Below, piece by piece: positions 20,170 through 37,999 of a DNA stretch of 64,000 bases (positions within the stretch are counted from its first letter, which is position 1; the number at the start of each line of letters is the position of its first letter). The stretch is taken from NCBI RefSeq assembly GCF_009914755.1, contig NC_060929.1. One strand, written 5' to 3'. Source of the stretch: the human T2T-CHM13v2.0 reference genome, Homo sapiens. The notes beneath the pieces were generated by a model. That model did not search any database. It was not told the DNA's origin and was given only the letters and a program-made list of their open reading frames with translations. The translations under genes and the position numbers were made by a program.

Positions 20170-20294
20170 AGAAAATATAAATATCTAAGGTGATGCATAT
20201 GCCAGTTACCTTGATTTGATTATATCAATATATCAAATTATCACATGTACCACCAAAATATGTACAACTACCATGTATCAATAAAAATTAATTA
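20170..20294 (+). mobile_element. Old L1M 3' end (target of the adjacent L1PA3)
   Basis: aggtgatgcatatgccagttaccttgatttga...atgtacaactaccatgtatcaataaaaa. Confidence 0.65.
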
Positions 20295-21329
20295 GGAGGG
20301 GAGCCAAGATGGCCGAATAGGAACAGCTCCGGTCTACAGCTCCCAGCGTGAGCGACGCAGAAGATGGGTGATTTCTGCATTTCCATCTGAGGTACCAGGT
20401 TCATCTCATTAGGGAGTGGCAGACAGTGGGTGCAGGACAGTGGGCGCAGCGCACTGTGTGCGAGCCGAAACAGGGCAAGGCATTGCCTCACTTGGGAAGC
20501 GCAAGGGGTCAGGGAGTTCCCTTTCCGAGTCAAAGAAAGGGGTGACAGATGGCACCTGGAAAATTGGGTCACTCCCACCCTAGTACTGTGCTTTTCCGAC
20601 GGGCTTAAAAAACGGCGCACCAGGAGATTATATCCCACACCTGGCTCGGAGGGTCCTATGCCCACGGAGTCTCACCGATTGCTAGCACAGCAGTCTGAGA
20701 TCAAACTGCAAGGCAACAGCTAGGCTGGGGGAGGGGCGCCCGCCATTGCCCAGGCTTGCTTAGGTAAACAAAGCAGCCGGGAAGCTCGAACTGGGTGGAG
20801 CCCACCACAGCTCAAGGAGGCCTGCCTGCCTCTGTAGGCTCCACCTCTGGGGGCAGGGCATAGACAAACCAAAAGATAGCAGTAACCTCTGCAGACTTAA
20901 ATGTCCCTGTCTGACAGCTTTGAAGAGAGCAGTGGTTCTCCCAGCATGCAGCTGGAGATCTGAGAATGGGCAGACTGCCTCCTCAAGTTGGTCCCTGACC
21001 CCTGACCCCCGAGCAGCCTAACTGGGAGGCACCCCCCAATAGGGGCAGACTGACACCTCACACAGCCGGGTACTCCTCTGAGACAAAACTTCCAGAGGAA
21101 CGATCAGACAGCAGCATTCGCGATTCATGAAAATCCGCTGTTCTGCAGCCACTGCTGCTGATACCCACGCAAACAGGGTCTGGCGTGGACCTCTAGCAAA
21201 CTTCAACAGACCTGCAGCTGAGGGTCCTCTCTGTTAGAAGGAAAACTAACAAACAGAAAGGACATCCACAACAAAAACCCAACTGTACATCACCATCATC
21301 AAAGACCAAAAGTAGATAAGACCACAAAG

Positions 21330-22347
21330 ATGGGGAAAAAACAGAGCAGAAAAACTGGAAACTCTAAAAAGCAGAGCGCCTCTCCTCCTCCAAAGGAACG
21401 CAGTTCCTCACCAGCAGCGGAACAAAGCTGGACAGAGAATGACTTTGACGAGTTGAGAGAAGAAGGCTTCAGATGATCAAACTACTCCGAGCTACAGGAG
21501 GAAATTCAAACCAAAGGTAAAGAAGTTAAAAACTTTGAAAAAAATTTAGACGAATGTATAACTAGAATAACCAATACAGAGAAGTGCTTAAAGGAGCTGA
21601 TGGAGCTGAAAGCCAAGGCTCGAGAACTACATGAAGAATGCAGAAGCCTCAGGAGCCAATGCAATCAACTGGAAGAAAGGGTATCAGTGATGGAAGATGA
21701 AATGAATGAAATGAAGCGAGAAGGGAAGTTTAGAGAAAAAAGAATAAAAAGAAACAAACAAAGCCTCCAAGAAATATGGGACTATGTGAAAAGACCAAAT
21801 CTACGTCTGATTGGTGTACCTGAAAGTGACGGGGAGAATGGAACCAAGTTGGAAAACACTCTGCAGGATATTATCCAGGAGAACCTCCCCAGTCTAGCAA
21901 GGCAGGCCAACATTCAGATTCAGGAAATACAGAGAATGCCACAAAGATACTCCTCGAGTAGAGCAACTCCAAGACACATAATTGTCAGATTCACCAAAGT
22001 TGAAATGAAGGAAAAAAATGTAAAGTGCAGCCGGAGAGAAAGGTCAGGTTACCCACAAAGGGAAGCCCATCAGACTAACAGCGGATCTCTCGGCAGAAAC
22101 TCTACAAGCCAGAAGAGAGTGGGGGCCAATATTCAACATTCTTAAAGAAAAGAATTTTCAACCCAGAATTTCATATCCAGCCAAAGTAAGCTTCATAAGT
22201 GAAGGAGAAATAAAATACTTTACAGACAAGGAAATGCTGAGAGATTTTGTCACCACCAGGCCTTCCCTAAAAGAGCTCCTGAAGGAAGCACTAAACATGG
22301 AAAGGAACAACCGGTACCAGCCACTGCAAAACCATGCCAAAATGTAA
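21330..22347 (+). pseudogene. L1 ORF1, disrupted
   Basis: ATG at 21330, in-frame TGA at 21474 (codon 49), frameshift near 22015. Confidence 0.93.
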
Positions 22348-22395
22348 AGACCATCGAGACTGGGAAGAAACTGCATCAACTAACGAGCAAAATAA

Positions 22396-26236
<3,841 letters not shown>

Positions 26237-26592
26237 GCAATGAGAACACATGGACACAGGAAGGGGAACATCACACTCTGGGGACTGTTGTGGGGTGGGG
26301 GGAGGGGGAGGGATAGCATTAGGAGATATACCTAATACTAAATGACGAATTGATGGGTGCAACACACCAGCATGGCACATGTATACATATGTAACTAACC
26401 TGCACATTGTGCACATGTACCCTAAAACTTAAAGTATAATAATAATAAAATATAAAAAAATAAAAATTAATTAAAAATAAATAAAAAGGAAGTAAAGATA
26501 ACATTAAGGGTGTTATAATTGTAGATAGGGGAGTAGATGCAAGCACAGTTGTTAGTACAATTGCTTTGCTTTCAAGTTTGCAAAAGAAATGA

Positions 26593-26946
<354 letters not shown>

Positions 26947-27082
26947 TTAATTTGCTGATGAATATTCCTGGCTATGGTGCAACCATAATGCTCCTAGAAT
27001 GGTGCTAAGCACACTATAGGGTTAAAAGACCTTTGTCATCCTTCTGCTGTATCCTTTCTTCTCACTATCTGCCTTACCACAC

Positions 27083-27354
27083 TTTTTTTTGTATATTCTT
27101 TTATTATACTTTAAGTTCTAGGGTACATGTGCACAACGTGCAGGTTTGTTACATATGTATACATGTGCCATGTTGGTGTGCTGCACCCATTAACTCAACA
27201 TTTACATTAAGTATATCTCCTAATGCTATCCCTCCCCCATCCCCCCACCCCACAACAGGCCCCAGTGATGTTTCCCTTCCTGTGTCCAAGTGTTCTCATT
27301 GTTCAATTCCCACCTATGAGTGAGAACATGCGGTGTTTGGTTTTTTGTCCTCGC
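27083..27354 (-). mobile_element. 5'-truncated L1PA (L1PA5-like) 3' end
   Basis: ttatactttaagttctagggtacatgtgcacaacgtgcagg..., no TSD seen. Confidence 0.9.
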
Positions 27355-28124
27355 AGGTGCATGCTCACCTCTTAATCAATGTGTCAAAAATCCAATGTAC
27401 AGTTTGTATGTGATATGTCCAGTTCACATTTATGGAAGAGAGAATGTGGAGAATTAGGAATTTTTATATTTTTTGCTGGGATAATACTTTGGCATAATTT
27501 TTATGGTGCACAATTTGGTAATTTCTATCAAAATTTAAAATGTCCATGACCTTTGACACAGGAACTTCATTTCTAAGTTTTATCTTGTGGTTTACTTTAA
27601 CATTTATATGTTGGTTTGTGTAAACAGTTATTCACTGTAGCACTGTGTATAATTGCAAAAGATGAGAAAGTACCTAAATGGCCATCCAATAGGTCACTGG
27701 TTAAATGAATGATGATATATTCATATAATGTAATAGTATGTGAAATTATTGTATCTTAATGAATTAATTTGTTCATTGCTTTTTCCCTCCCAGTATAGAA
27801 TAAACTCCATGAGATCAGGTCCCTTATTTATCTTATGCTCTATCCAACATCTAGCTCAGGCATGACATGTAGATGCTTAATGAGTATTTGCTGAATGAAT
27901 GCCTGAATGGTTGGGTGCATGGATGGAATCAGAGGTCAGGAAGACAGAGGTTTGGATACTGTTCACATATAGATGATGGTTGAAGCAGTAAGAGTAGAGG
28001 AGGTCACCTGGGAATGGTGTAGAGATGAGAGTCAAGTGCAGAACCCATTAGCTAGCCCATAATTTCTCCAGCCAGCTTCCTTGTAACTGGATTTGAACAA
28101 AATCTCTGCCTTCTCTTTGGAAAG

Positions 28125-28365
28125 CAAAAGAGTGCTGTGCTTAAGAGCAGGGCTCTGGAGTAGATGCCTGGGTTTGAATCCAAACCTTGTAATTTACTCT
28201 CTGTGACCTTAATCCAACCCTTTAAACTTGCTGAGTCTCAGAGTTTCCTAACATAATGGGGCTAAATGATAGTATCTAACATATAGGAATTTTGTGAAGG
28301 TTAAATTAGATTATAGCCTAGATCCTTGTGAGCCTTAAATAAAAATCATTTTTTATTATTATTCT
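28125..28365 (+). mobile_element. MIR SINE
   Basis: ttaagagcagggctctggag..cctgggtttgaatcc..ctgtgacctt. Confidence 0.65.
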
Positions 28366-29333
28366 AATTATTAAGAATAGCATTAAAATGCACCAACCCA
28401 AGTGGAAACGACTATAGTAAAAATACAGGCATTTGTATAGTACTTTGTAATTATTGAGGTATTTTGCACTTGTCTGCTCATTCAATTTGTTCAACAACTC
28501 AGCATCTAAAATATGATTATCCCTGTTTTAATGTCCTGTGGCTAAAATATGGCAAAAGTTGGACAAGAACCTAAAGTTTGTATTTCCCAAGTCCAGAAGC
28601 CTTTCAGATTGAAGAATCAGAAGAAGAATATCTAGTAAAAAGATTTAACGGTGACATTCATTCACCTGGGATAAAACTGACTTATCCCTGAAACAGTTGG
28701 GTTCCAAGCCTTTGAATTATATGTCTCCTAAAAACTTCCAGCATTCAGTGGAAGAATGTCATTCTGAAATGGTTTATTTGGACTGCAACATTGAAGTGGT
28801 TGAAGTTAATCTTTTCCATTTCTTCATTCAACGGTATTTGTAGAGCTTTGTGACAGGTACCGTGTGGGATACAGAAAAGTACAATTTATAGATTTTGCCC
28901 TTTAAGGTTTTATTGCTTAATCACAATGAAAGTAGGGTAAAATCACATGTTGTGAAACCATAGCTTGTTAGAGCAATGTCTAAACTTCCAGTCTCTGTGG
29001 TGAAAGTTTAGGAAAAATCATAGGAAATATGTACCATATTTTCTCTTAATCAAGCAAGCATCACTTGGCAGAAAAGTCATCAATCATTGCTTTCTTGTTA
29101 TGGATTGACTTGTTGAGTGCAAGAAGGAGATTGTTCAAGATACAAGAAATTTTTCTCTAACAGGTATCCGGCAAACAGAAAAAAGAAAAAGAAAAGGAAA
29201 AACAAGAAAAAAAAAGAAACATTTTCTCGTCATGTATTGTGACACACTGTTCCTGTGTGTGATACTGGAAGGTAGGAAGAGACAAAACTGGGTGAGCCCA
29301 TCACCAGGTCACTGCTTCCAAACCCAACTTTGA

Positions 29334-29676
<343 letters not shown>

Positions 29677-30049
29677 TAATTCCTTCTTTAAACAGTCATT
29701 GGCCGAAAGTTTCCTTTGAATGAGGCAATGTGATAGACTCTGGAAGGATACATACAAGAATAAAGACTGCTCCCTGCCCCCAAGGAAAAGAGGCAACATT
29801 ATAGAATCATATCACTGCCCTTGAGCCACACTGTCTGGGTTTGTATTCAGTTCCCACCATTTAGCAGCTGCGAGACCTAGGCAAATAACTTCTCTGTATC
29901 TTGGTTTCCCAACCCAGAAAATGAATGTAATAATGGTGAGGATTAAACGAGCAAATCCATGTAAATCCCATAGCACTATCCCAGGCACATAATAAGTATG
30001 TATTAAATATTAGCTCTTATTATTGTTAGTGTATAAAAGCATAGAGGAG

Positions 30050-30437
30050 TACTATAGGCTGAACGTTTGTGAACCCTTCAAATTCATTTATAAAATTTCT
30101 AACCCCCAAGGTGATGATATTAAAAAGGGGGTCTTTGGGAATTGACTAGGTAATGAGGGAAGAGTCTCATTAATGGGATTAGTGCCTTTATAAATGAGGC
30201 CTAATATATCCCTTGCCCTTTCACCATGTGAAGACACAGAAGGTGCTGACTATGAAACAGAAAGCAGGCTCTCACCACACACTGAATCTGCTGGTGCTTT
30301 GATCTAGGACTTCCCAGCCTCCAGAACTGTGAGAGATTTCTTTTGTTTATAAGACATTTCTTTATAAGAAATTTCTTTTGTTTATAAGAAATCTAACTTG
30401 TGATGTTTTGTTATAGCAGCCCATGCAGACTAAGACA
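30050..30437 (+). mobile_element. MLT1A-type MaLR LTR
   Basis: aatgggattagtgcc, ggacttcccagcctccagaactgtgaga, gactaagaca. Confidence 0.8.
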
Positions 30438-30439
30438 AG

Positions 30440-32815
30440 GATGCAGAAAGCTGGAATGAGCATCACTCCCATTCTAACCATGAGAAAAGCCAGTGAAACT
30501 ACAAAATCCTAACTGTTTTTAGACCCATTAGAGAGCTGAGGTCACAGAACAAGCAAATAGCCTGAATTCTGAGAAGGGAGAGGTCCCTCTGAGGAAAGAA
30601 CGAACATGTGAAGTGTCTCCTCTGTGATGGAACATAGGAAGCAGGGGAGGCTGCTATATAAATGAGAAAGATAAATCAACTAACATTTTCATGAGTTTCT
30701 TTAGGCTGAGTATGGGCAGCCTAAAGAAGAAGAAAATCCCAGGGACCTCCTGACACAAGAGGAGTTTGTACCCAGTTGCAGGCTCTTTTCTATAGATGTT
30801 TGCCAAGCCCTCACAAGAAAGACTGGGGGAAGAACAAGAGACCAGAGAGCCATCCTCATTTATGCAGGCATGGGGGAGGGGCTGGTCACTGTGAGAAAGA
30901 AAGGCACAAAGCCCACCCTCTTACCCTGAACCATATTTCCTACATAGCCAAACTTTTAAATTGCTGGGGAAGGGCAGCACCCTATAACTTACAGGGACTA
31001 GGTAAAGACTCATTGTTGCTACAGGGAAAGGCAGAGGCCCAAGAGATCAAGTCCAACTGTATGAATGCACTTCTAGCCTCTCCTGCGTTAAATTTGTTAG
31101 ATTGACTTAACCCCTGTACTAATAGCCTTACCAAAGAAAAGGCATGCCCATTTCAAGGCAGAAGTACTGTTACTCTTACTGCTCTACATAAAATATCTGG
31201 GATTCAATAAGATGTTATGGGACACACAAAACATTTAAAGAAAACTCTTGCCAAAAGAAAAAGCAATCAACAGAACCAGACTCCGAGATGACCAGGATTT
31301 CAGAACTTTAGATCAGTCAGGAACTTTAAAATAATTATATTTACAATATAATTTTATATCACATATATAGGTGGACAAGATACATGAACATATGGAGAAT
31401 TTCAGGAGCAATGGAAAGTATAAGAACAAGTCAAATGGAAATGCTAGAAACAAACAAAAACGTCACATAAATCAGAGGTAAATGATTTTTCTGATGGGTC
31501 ACCAGTAAACTTGACACAGCTGAGAAAAGAATCAATGAGCTTGGAGATAGGTCAGTAGGAATTGCCAAACTGCAACACAATGAGAAATGAAACATAAATG
31601 AATATCTGAGAGCTATGATACAGTTTGGTATTTGTATAAGTGGAATCGCAGAAAGAGAACAGAGCAGAATAAATATTTGAAGACATAACAGCTGATATAA
31701 AAAAATAATAAAAGACATCAAACTACAGATCTGGGAAGCTCAGAAAACTCCAAGTAGGATGATAAAAACAAGCAAACAAAAGTCCCCAAAACAAAACATA
31801 ACAAACCCCAGAAAAACTCAACAACAACAAACACAACTAAGCCATGTTCAAACTGCCCAAAACCAGTAACAACAAGAAAATAGTGAAAACACCCACAGAA
31901 AAAAAGACACATACCATACATTAAAGGTAAGAATTATAGCTGACTTCTTTCAGAAGATATGCAAATCAGTAGGCAATAGAGTGTGACATCTTTAAGTGGA
32001 AAACAAACCATGACCACCCAGAATTTTACACCCAGTGAAAATAGCTTTCAGAACTGAGAGTAGGATGGGCGCTGTGGCTTACACCTGTAACCCCAGCATT
32101 CTGGGAGGTTGAGGTGGGCAGATCACCTGAGGTCGGGAGTTTGAGACCATCAGGACCATCATGGTGAAACCCTGTTGCTACTAAAAATACAAAATTAGCT
32201 GGGCATGGTGGTGCACACCTGTGATCCCAGCTACTTTGGAGTCTGAGGCAGGAGAATCGCTTGAACCTGGGAGGCGGAATTGCAGTGAGCTGAGATCAGT
32301 CTCAAAACAAACAAACAAACAAACCTGAAGGTAAAATTTAAAAATGTCAAGATAAACAAAAGTTGAAAGAATGTATTATCAGCAGACCTGTGCTACAAAA
32401 AAAGTTCTTCAGGCATAGGTGATATAACGCCAGATGGAACCTTGAATGGAAGCAAAATAATAGAGTTCTGAAAATGGTTAAAATTGAAGATAAATAGAAA
32501 TAAATCCTATTATTATTTTTAATCATTCTAAAAGTGAATTGACTGCCTAAAGAAAAAAGACTAATAATGTATTTTGGTGTATAATGTATGTAAGGGTAAA
32601 GTGTATGTTAACAACATCACAAAAGATGGGAGGGAGGAATTGGAAGAGTGAGCATAAGAAGAGTAAAGTCCTTACACACTATATGAAGTAATATAACATT
32701 ATTTGAAGGTAGACTAATAAGTCCTAGGGCACCAACTGAAAATATTAGAATAAGAAGTATAAATAATAAGTTAATAATGGAAATAAAATAGAATAATAAA
32801 AATGCAATCTAAAAG
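30440..32815 (+). mobile_element. Old L1M 5'/ORF1 region
   Basis: A-rich ORF1 relics: aatcaacagaaccagact, aatcaatgagcttggagatagg, ccagaattttacacccagtgaaa. Confidence 0.65.
32063..32323 (+). mobile_element. AluS with 3' internal deletion and (AAAC)n tail
   Basis: cagatcacctgaggtcgggag. gagatc joins directly to agtctcaaaa. Confidence 0.9.
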
Positions 32816-32824
32816 CATGGACAC

Positions 32825-33148
<324 letters not shown>

Positions 33149-34786
33149 TCATGATGCTTTGGGGGAAATGGTGAGAAGTCTGGTAAAGATGTTGACTGTA
33201 TAAAAAGTGTGAAGTGAGCATAGTGTCTTGAGATAAAGCTAGAAAGGCATATGGGGCTTGATTATGAAGAACCTTATAAACTAGTCTAAACTGGTGAACA
33301 TCTTTTGAATACTTAATGAAATTTTTTTCCCACCAACTGTGATAAAAACAGATTTTTCTGCAAAGTTTAGTCGGTGGTGCTTCTTCATAGATTCCATTTC
33401 TTTAAATGCTAGATGTATCTTGTGATGAGCTTGTGAGGTTTGTAAGAATGCTTGAATGCCATTCTCTTAAGAAGGTTAATTACAGGTATGAAGATTATTT
33501 TCAAATAGAAACCTAGTCGCCCTGTGTAGGAAGTATTTATTATTTGTTGCTTACCTTGTGTTTGTTCCTCATAGTCCAGCTTTTATTATATACCACAATA
33601 TTCCAAGCCATGTGGTTAGGGTGAAAGGGACCTGACTATCAGCTCCACAGACAGCCTCTGAAGGGTATGAACCAGTTAGTACATTCTACACCCATAATTA
33701 TGGTGATTGGCTCTGGGATGAGCACATAATTCAGGTTACACCCATCAAGAGAAGGCAGACTTCTGGGATATTATTTAAGTTGCCCAATGAGCAGATTCTT
33801 TCTATGTAAACATGGAAGATTCTGGACACTACCAGGGAAAAATGTGTCAGATAATGAAGCCCAGTTCTGAAGTTAAAACAGTTGAGAAATGGTGAGAGCT
33901 AGTCTGGGATTGCATTGAGACCTGGTGAAACCTCTCCTGAAGCATGCACTTGCTGCATCACCTTTTGATTTAACCATATTGAGTATGGCTTTGCAACTAA
34001 AAGCATTCAGTGTATGGAACTAGGTATTTTGGATATTAGATTTCCCTTCATTCTGGTTTCTTTCCCTCATTCAAAATCCTTCTAAAATTTTTCTGCCCTT
34101 CACCCTTCCTAGACAGCATTTCTGGCCTTCTTTTGGATAAAAGGTCAGTGGGCTCCCCATTTTCTCAAAGGTGTCACTTATTCCAATTGACATTTACACT
34201 TGAATAAACCTTAAACTTCTCTGACCTTTTTTAAAAGCTAGATTTTAAAGAGATATTTTCTCTATTTTAAAACAATATATTGTTGTTGCTTTTCTGTGTA
34301 AAAGGCCATATCACTTCCTCCATGTCTTTTGATACTTTTTGTGCCCATTTAGATTTTCTTTTCCCTCTTAAAAATGGGGTTCTGTTTCTTTTCTTTCTTT
34401 TTCCCTGCAGTGCGGGATGCAGATGTTTTGTAGGCACATGGCAGCTACTTAACAGTAAGTTTAAAAAATATTTAGCCATTTTCACACACCATTCTTAGTC
34501 ATGTGAACTAAATAAGGGAATACATTAGCCCCTAAATATTCTATTTAGTGTTGAAAATGAAAAACAACAGATGTAGGTATTTGAGTGGGATAAAATATTG
34601 CTAGATAGAAGTCTGAAGTCTGGCCTCATTCACAAATTCAATTTGTTTTGAGAAAGATACGTTGAACTCTTCTCTTGGCCAACTTTTGGTAATTCACAGG
34701 CAAAAGATGAATAGGATGTAGACTCAGGGTCCACCTGTCAGGATTAGTCCAAAGAAAAATTTCAGTCAATCTCTTTGTAAATGATT

Positions 34787-34900
34787 CAAATTCCTCTTTC
34801 CATGTAGGTATGGTGCTTCTCATTTGACTTCTTGTCCACTGTTCAGCTTAATCAAGCACTTCCTAGAGCCTTTTCTCTTTCAGTGCCATTTTAGTTTGAG
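34787..34900. repeat. 114-bp direct repeat, copy 1
   Basis: Ungapped match to 36067-36180, 12 mismatches counted by eye. Confidence 0.9.
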
Positions 34901-34904
34901 TCTA

Positions 34905-35110
34905 GTACATGCACTGTGCCAAATGCTTTACTCTTCATTAGCTCATTTAACTCTTACAACAATTTATGAGATGGGCATAATCAATTTATGTGAGGAAACA
35001 GGTTTGGAGGGTAAGAAACTTGTCCAGGACCCACCGGCTCATGAGAGGTAGAGCTAAGGTCCAAACCTAGGTTTATCTGAGACCGGAACTCATGTGATTA
35101 ACTGTGGCTG
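34905..35110 (-). mobile_element. MIR SINE
   Basis: gcactgtgccaaatgcttta..ctcatttaa..tgaggaaacagg. Confidence 0.65.
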
Positions 35111-35620
35111 AGTACTTCTTTTCACTTACACTGAGATGATGAAGGCTGATAGGGCAAATGCCTCTGAATTACTCTAGTAAACATTTTACAATGGGATGAA
35201 TCTGTAAGTTTGGGGGCCCAATCTCACTTGGATTAATTTCATGCTGCTGTAATAGTCCATTGGGAAGCTATTAGTGGTGGGCTAGTACTCTTACAATCAT
35301 AAGCTGTGAGGGCCACTACTCCACTTGAGGTATTTATATCCATCGAAATGCTTTGGGTACTATAAAGTCTTCCGTTAGTTTTTTCTCAAATTTCTGTAAC
35401 ATTTTTTCTCTAATGTTATTTGCTGTTATTCATAAGGACTATTGGTTACCAGCTGTTTTCTCTATATAATATTTTCTCTGTAATATAATATTAAAGTATA
35501 ATATATAAAAATGTTAAAATATATGTATTATACATAAGGTTAGGTATATATTAATATAATCTATAGTATTTAATATATATTATACATTTAATATATATTA
35601 GGTTAAAGATCTAACCTGGT

Positions 35621-35981
35621 TGATATGGTTTGGCTGTGTCCCCACCCAAATCTCAACTTGAATTGTAGTTCCCATAATCCCCACATGTTGTGGGAGGGAC
35701 CAGGGGGAAGTAATTGAATCATGGGGGCAGTTACCCCCAATCCTGTTCTTGTGATAGTGAGTTAGTTCTCATGAGATCTGATGGTTTTATAAGGGGCTTC
35801 CCCCATCGCTGGGCACTCAGTCTCTCCCCTACCACCCTATGAAGAGATGCCTTCTGCCATGAGGCCTGAGGCCTGAGGCCTCCCCAACCATGCAGAACTG
35901 TGAGTCAATTAAACCTCTTTCCTTTATAAATTACCCAGTCTTGGGTATTTCTTCATAGCAGTGTGAGAAGGGACTAATACA
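35621..35981 (+). mobile_element. THE1 solo LTR
   Basis: tgatatggtttggctgtgtccccacccaaatctc ... gactaataca, TSD ctggt/ctagt. Confidence 0.92.
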
Positions 35982-36066
35982 CTAGTTTCCCCAGGAACCT
36001 CTAACCTCTAGCATTCCTGATACTTAGAGTCCCTTTGACATCTTGTTTACTTTCTTTATTTTATTC

Positions 36067-36180
36067 CAAATTCCTCTCTCCATGTGGGTATGGAGCTTCT
36101 CATTTGACTTCTTGTCCACTGTTAAACTTCATCAAGCACTTTCTATAGTCTCTTTTCTTTCAATGCCATTTTAGTTTGAG
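36067..36180. repeat. 114-bp direct repeat, copy 2
   Basis: Matches 34787-34900 at offset 1280. Confidence 0.9.
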
Positions 36181-37999
36181 ACTAAAGAGACTCTGAGAGA
36201 TATTCAGTTCCCAGGCTGCTTGGATCTTTCATTGACATGTTAGCAAAAGCTTTTCATCCTCTCTTACTCACAGACACTTCTCCCCTCCTGGCTCCTCTAT
36301 TTCAATTTCATTAGTCAATATCTTGGTAAGTTTTGGCTAATAAAACATTGCAGCTCCCTTTCTTGAAGTACTCACTGGTAGATTGCTTGAGCACTGTGGT
36401 TATGTCCTTGGGTCTGCTGCCTACTCTTTAGCTCTGAGAAACACACAACGTATCCCTCAGAGTAGAAAGCTATGCGGCCAGAAGCAGCTTAGGCTAGGAT
36501 CTGAAGGCCAAGGAAAGCTTAGATCCCTTCATGCTTACTGGGTTCCTGATTACCCATCCAGCTTGGGTGGAGCTTTAATGCCAAGGCTTTTGGAATTGAA
36601 ACCCCTCTAGGGAGTTACAGCCATGAGGACCACACAGTGGAGCCCTCTCTAGGTGCCGTTCTTTGGAAACAGGACATCTTACCAAGCAGCCCTTCAGGCT
36701 TCTGACTCTTTCTGAGGCAGGAACATTGCGTGTGATGGAACGAAACTCTTGTTGGACCAATCTTTGATGCCAGGTTAGTAGCAGGATGCTTGTCATTATG
36801 GGTCCAGAGGAAACTTCCAAACTGTCAGTCCCCATACCGGGAGCCCTTTGGAGGACTGGAGGACCAATTCCCACTGGAAAGCCCCACTTTCCTGGCTTGG
36901 CATGGGAGGTGCTTTCCTGTGGATGCCCTCCTCCCAGGGAGATGAGAACTCATACAGCCCCTTTCTCTGAGTATATTCATAGATGGGATACCAGCCCATA
37001 CAAGATCAACTCATAAGGGTTCAGGCTTCTACCTTTGTAATACTTTCCATTTTCTTCAGGTTTGTGTAAGAAATACTTCTATTGGATACTAACTTGATCT
37101 GACTTAAGATCCTTAGATATATTTTTATATTTGACCTTTGAAGATGATGCCTGAGTTAGGTTCTGCCAGGGCATTGCTGTACAATGGTTGGTGAATATTT
37201 CACCAACAGACCCTGGTTCATGCTAAAAGCTAAGTTATTTCATAAGTCCAACGTATAAAAAGACACCAACCAAGGGAACAAATTATACAAACAGCAAGCT
37301 ATTTCAGGAGGTTGTTTTTAAAATTATTTTATTCCACAACAGGGTTAAAGTGAGAGAGAATGTCTTTATAATGTCACCTTCATTAAAACAAACCATGAGA
37401 GAGGAAAAATGTTGCTGATGTCAATCATGACACGCTACTCTGACTTAATGAGCAAACTGCATTTCTAATAGTAATGATTATTTTGCTTGTCTTCATGGAA
37501 GAGGGGTTATTGAGTGTTCTCCAACTCTTCAGGGAATCACTTATAAAGTGAGGTATTTTACACGTTGGTTAAACCATAAATCTTGTTGTCCTTGCAGTCA
37601 GAAGCATTTAAAGGTGCATCATTTTTTTTTTCTTGAGAAAAGTCACCTCTCAGTTATTAAGTTACTTCTAGACACCTGGCTCCACCATCAAACAGAGAGA
37701 AGTAATGTTGCTTGTTCTGGCCAATAGTGACAGATTGGTTTTTAAGAAGACACAGAATTTTAAAGTGGTTGTTCTCATGAGTCCTACTAGATAAATTTGA
37801 TTTACCAGATGTTTACAAAAACAATTGAGGGGCCAATATGTTTGTACATTTTCGATCTGTGAATGTGAGAACCTTGCCTAATTCACATCTGCCATCAATT
37901 TTAATTTCTTCAAGTGGAGAAAGGATGTAAATATGAACCCAATACTGAGCTCATCGATGGCAGGGATTTGTAGCTTATCTTTGTATCCTTAGCACCTCA

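Noticed and set aside
20288-20746. Intact antisense ORF0 in the L1 5'UTRs
   Set aside because: The right copy has TAG at codon 9 after the ATG at 20746. The left copy (ATG 15254) stops at codon 25.
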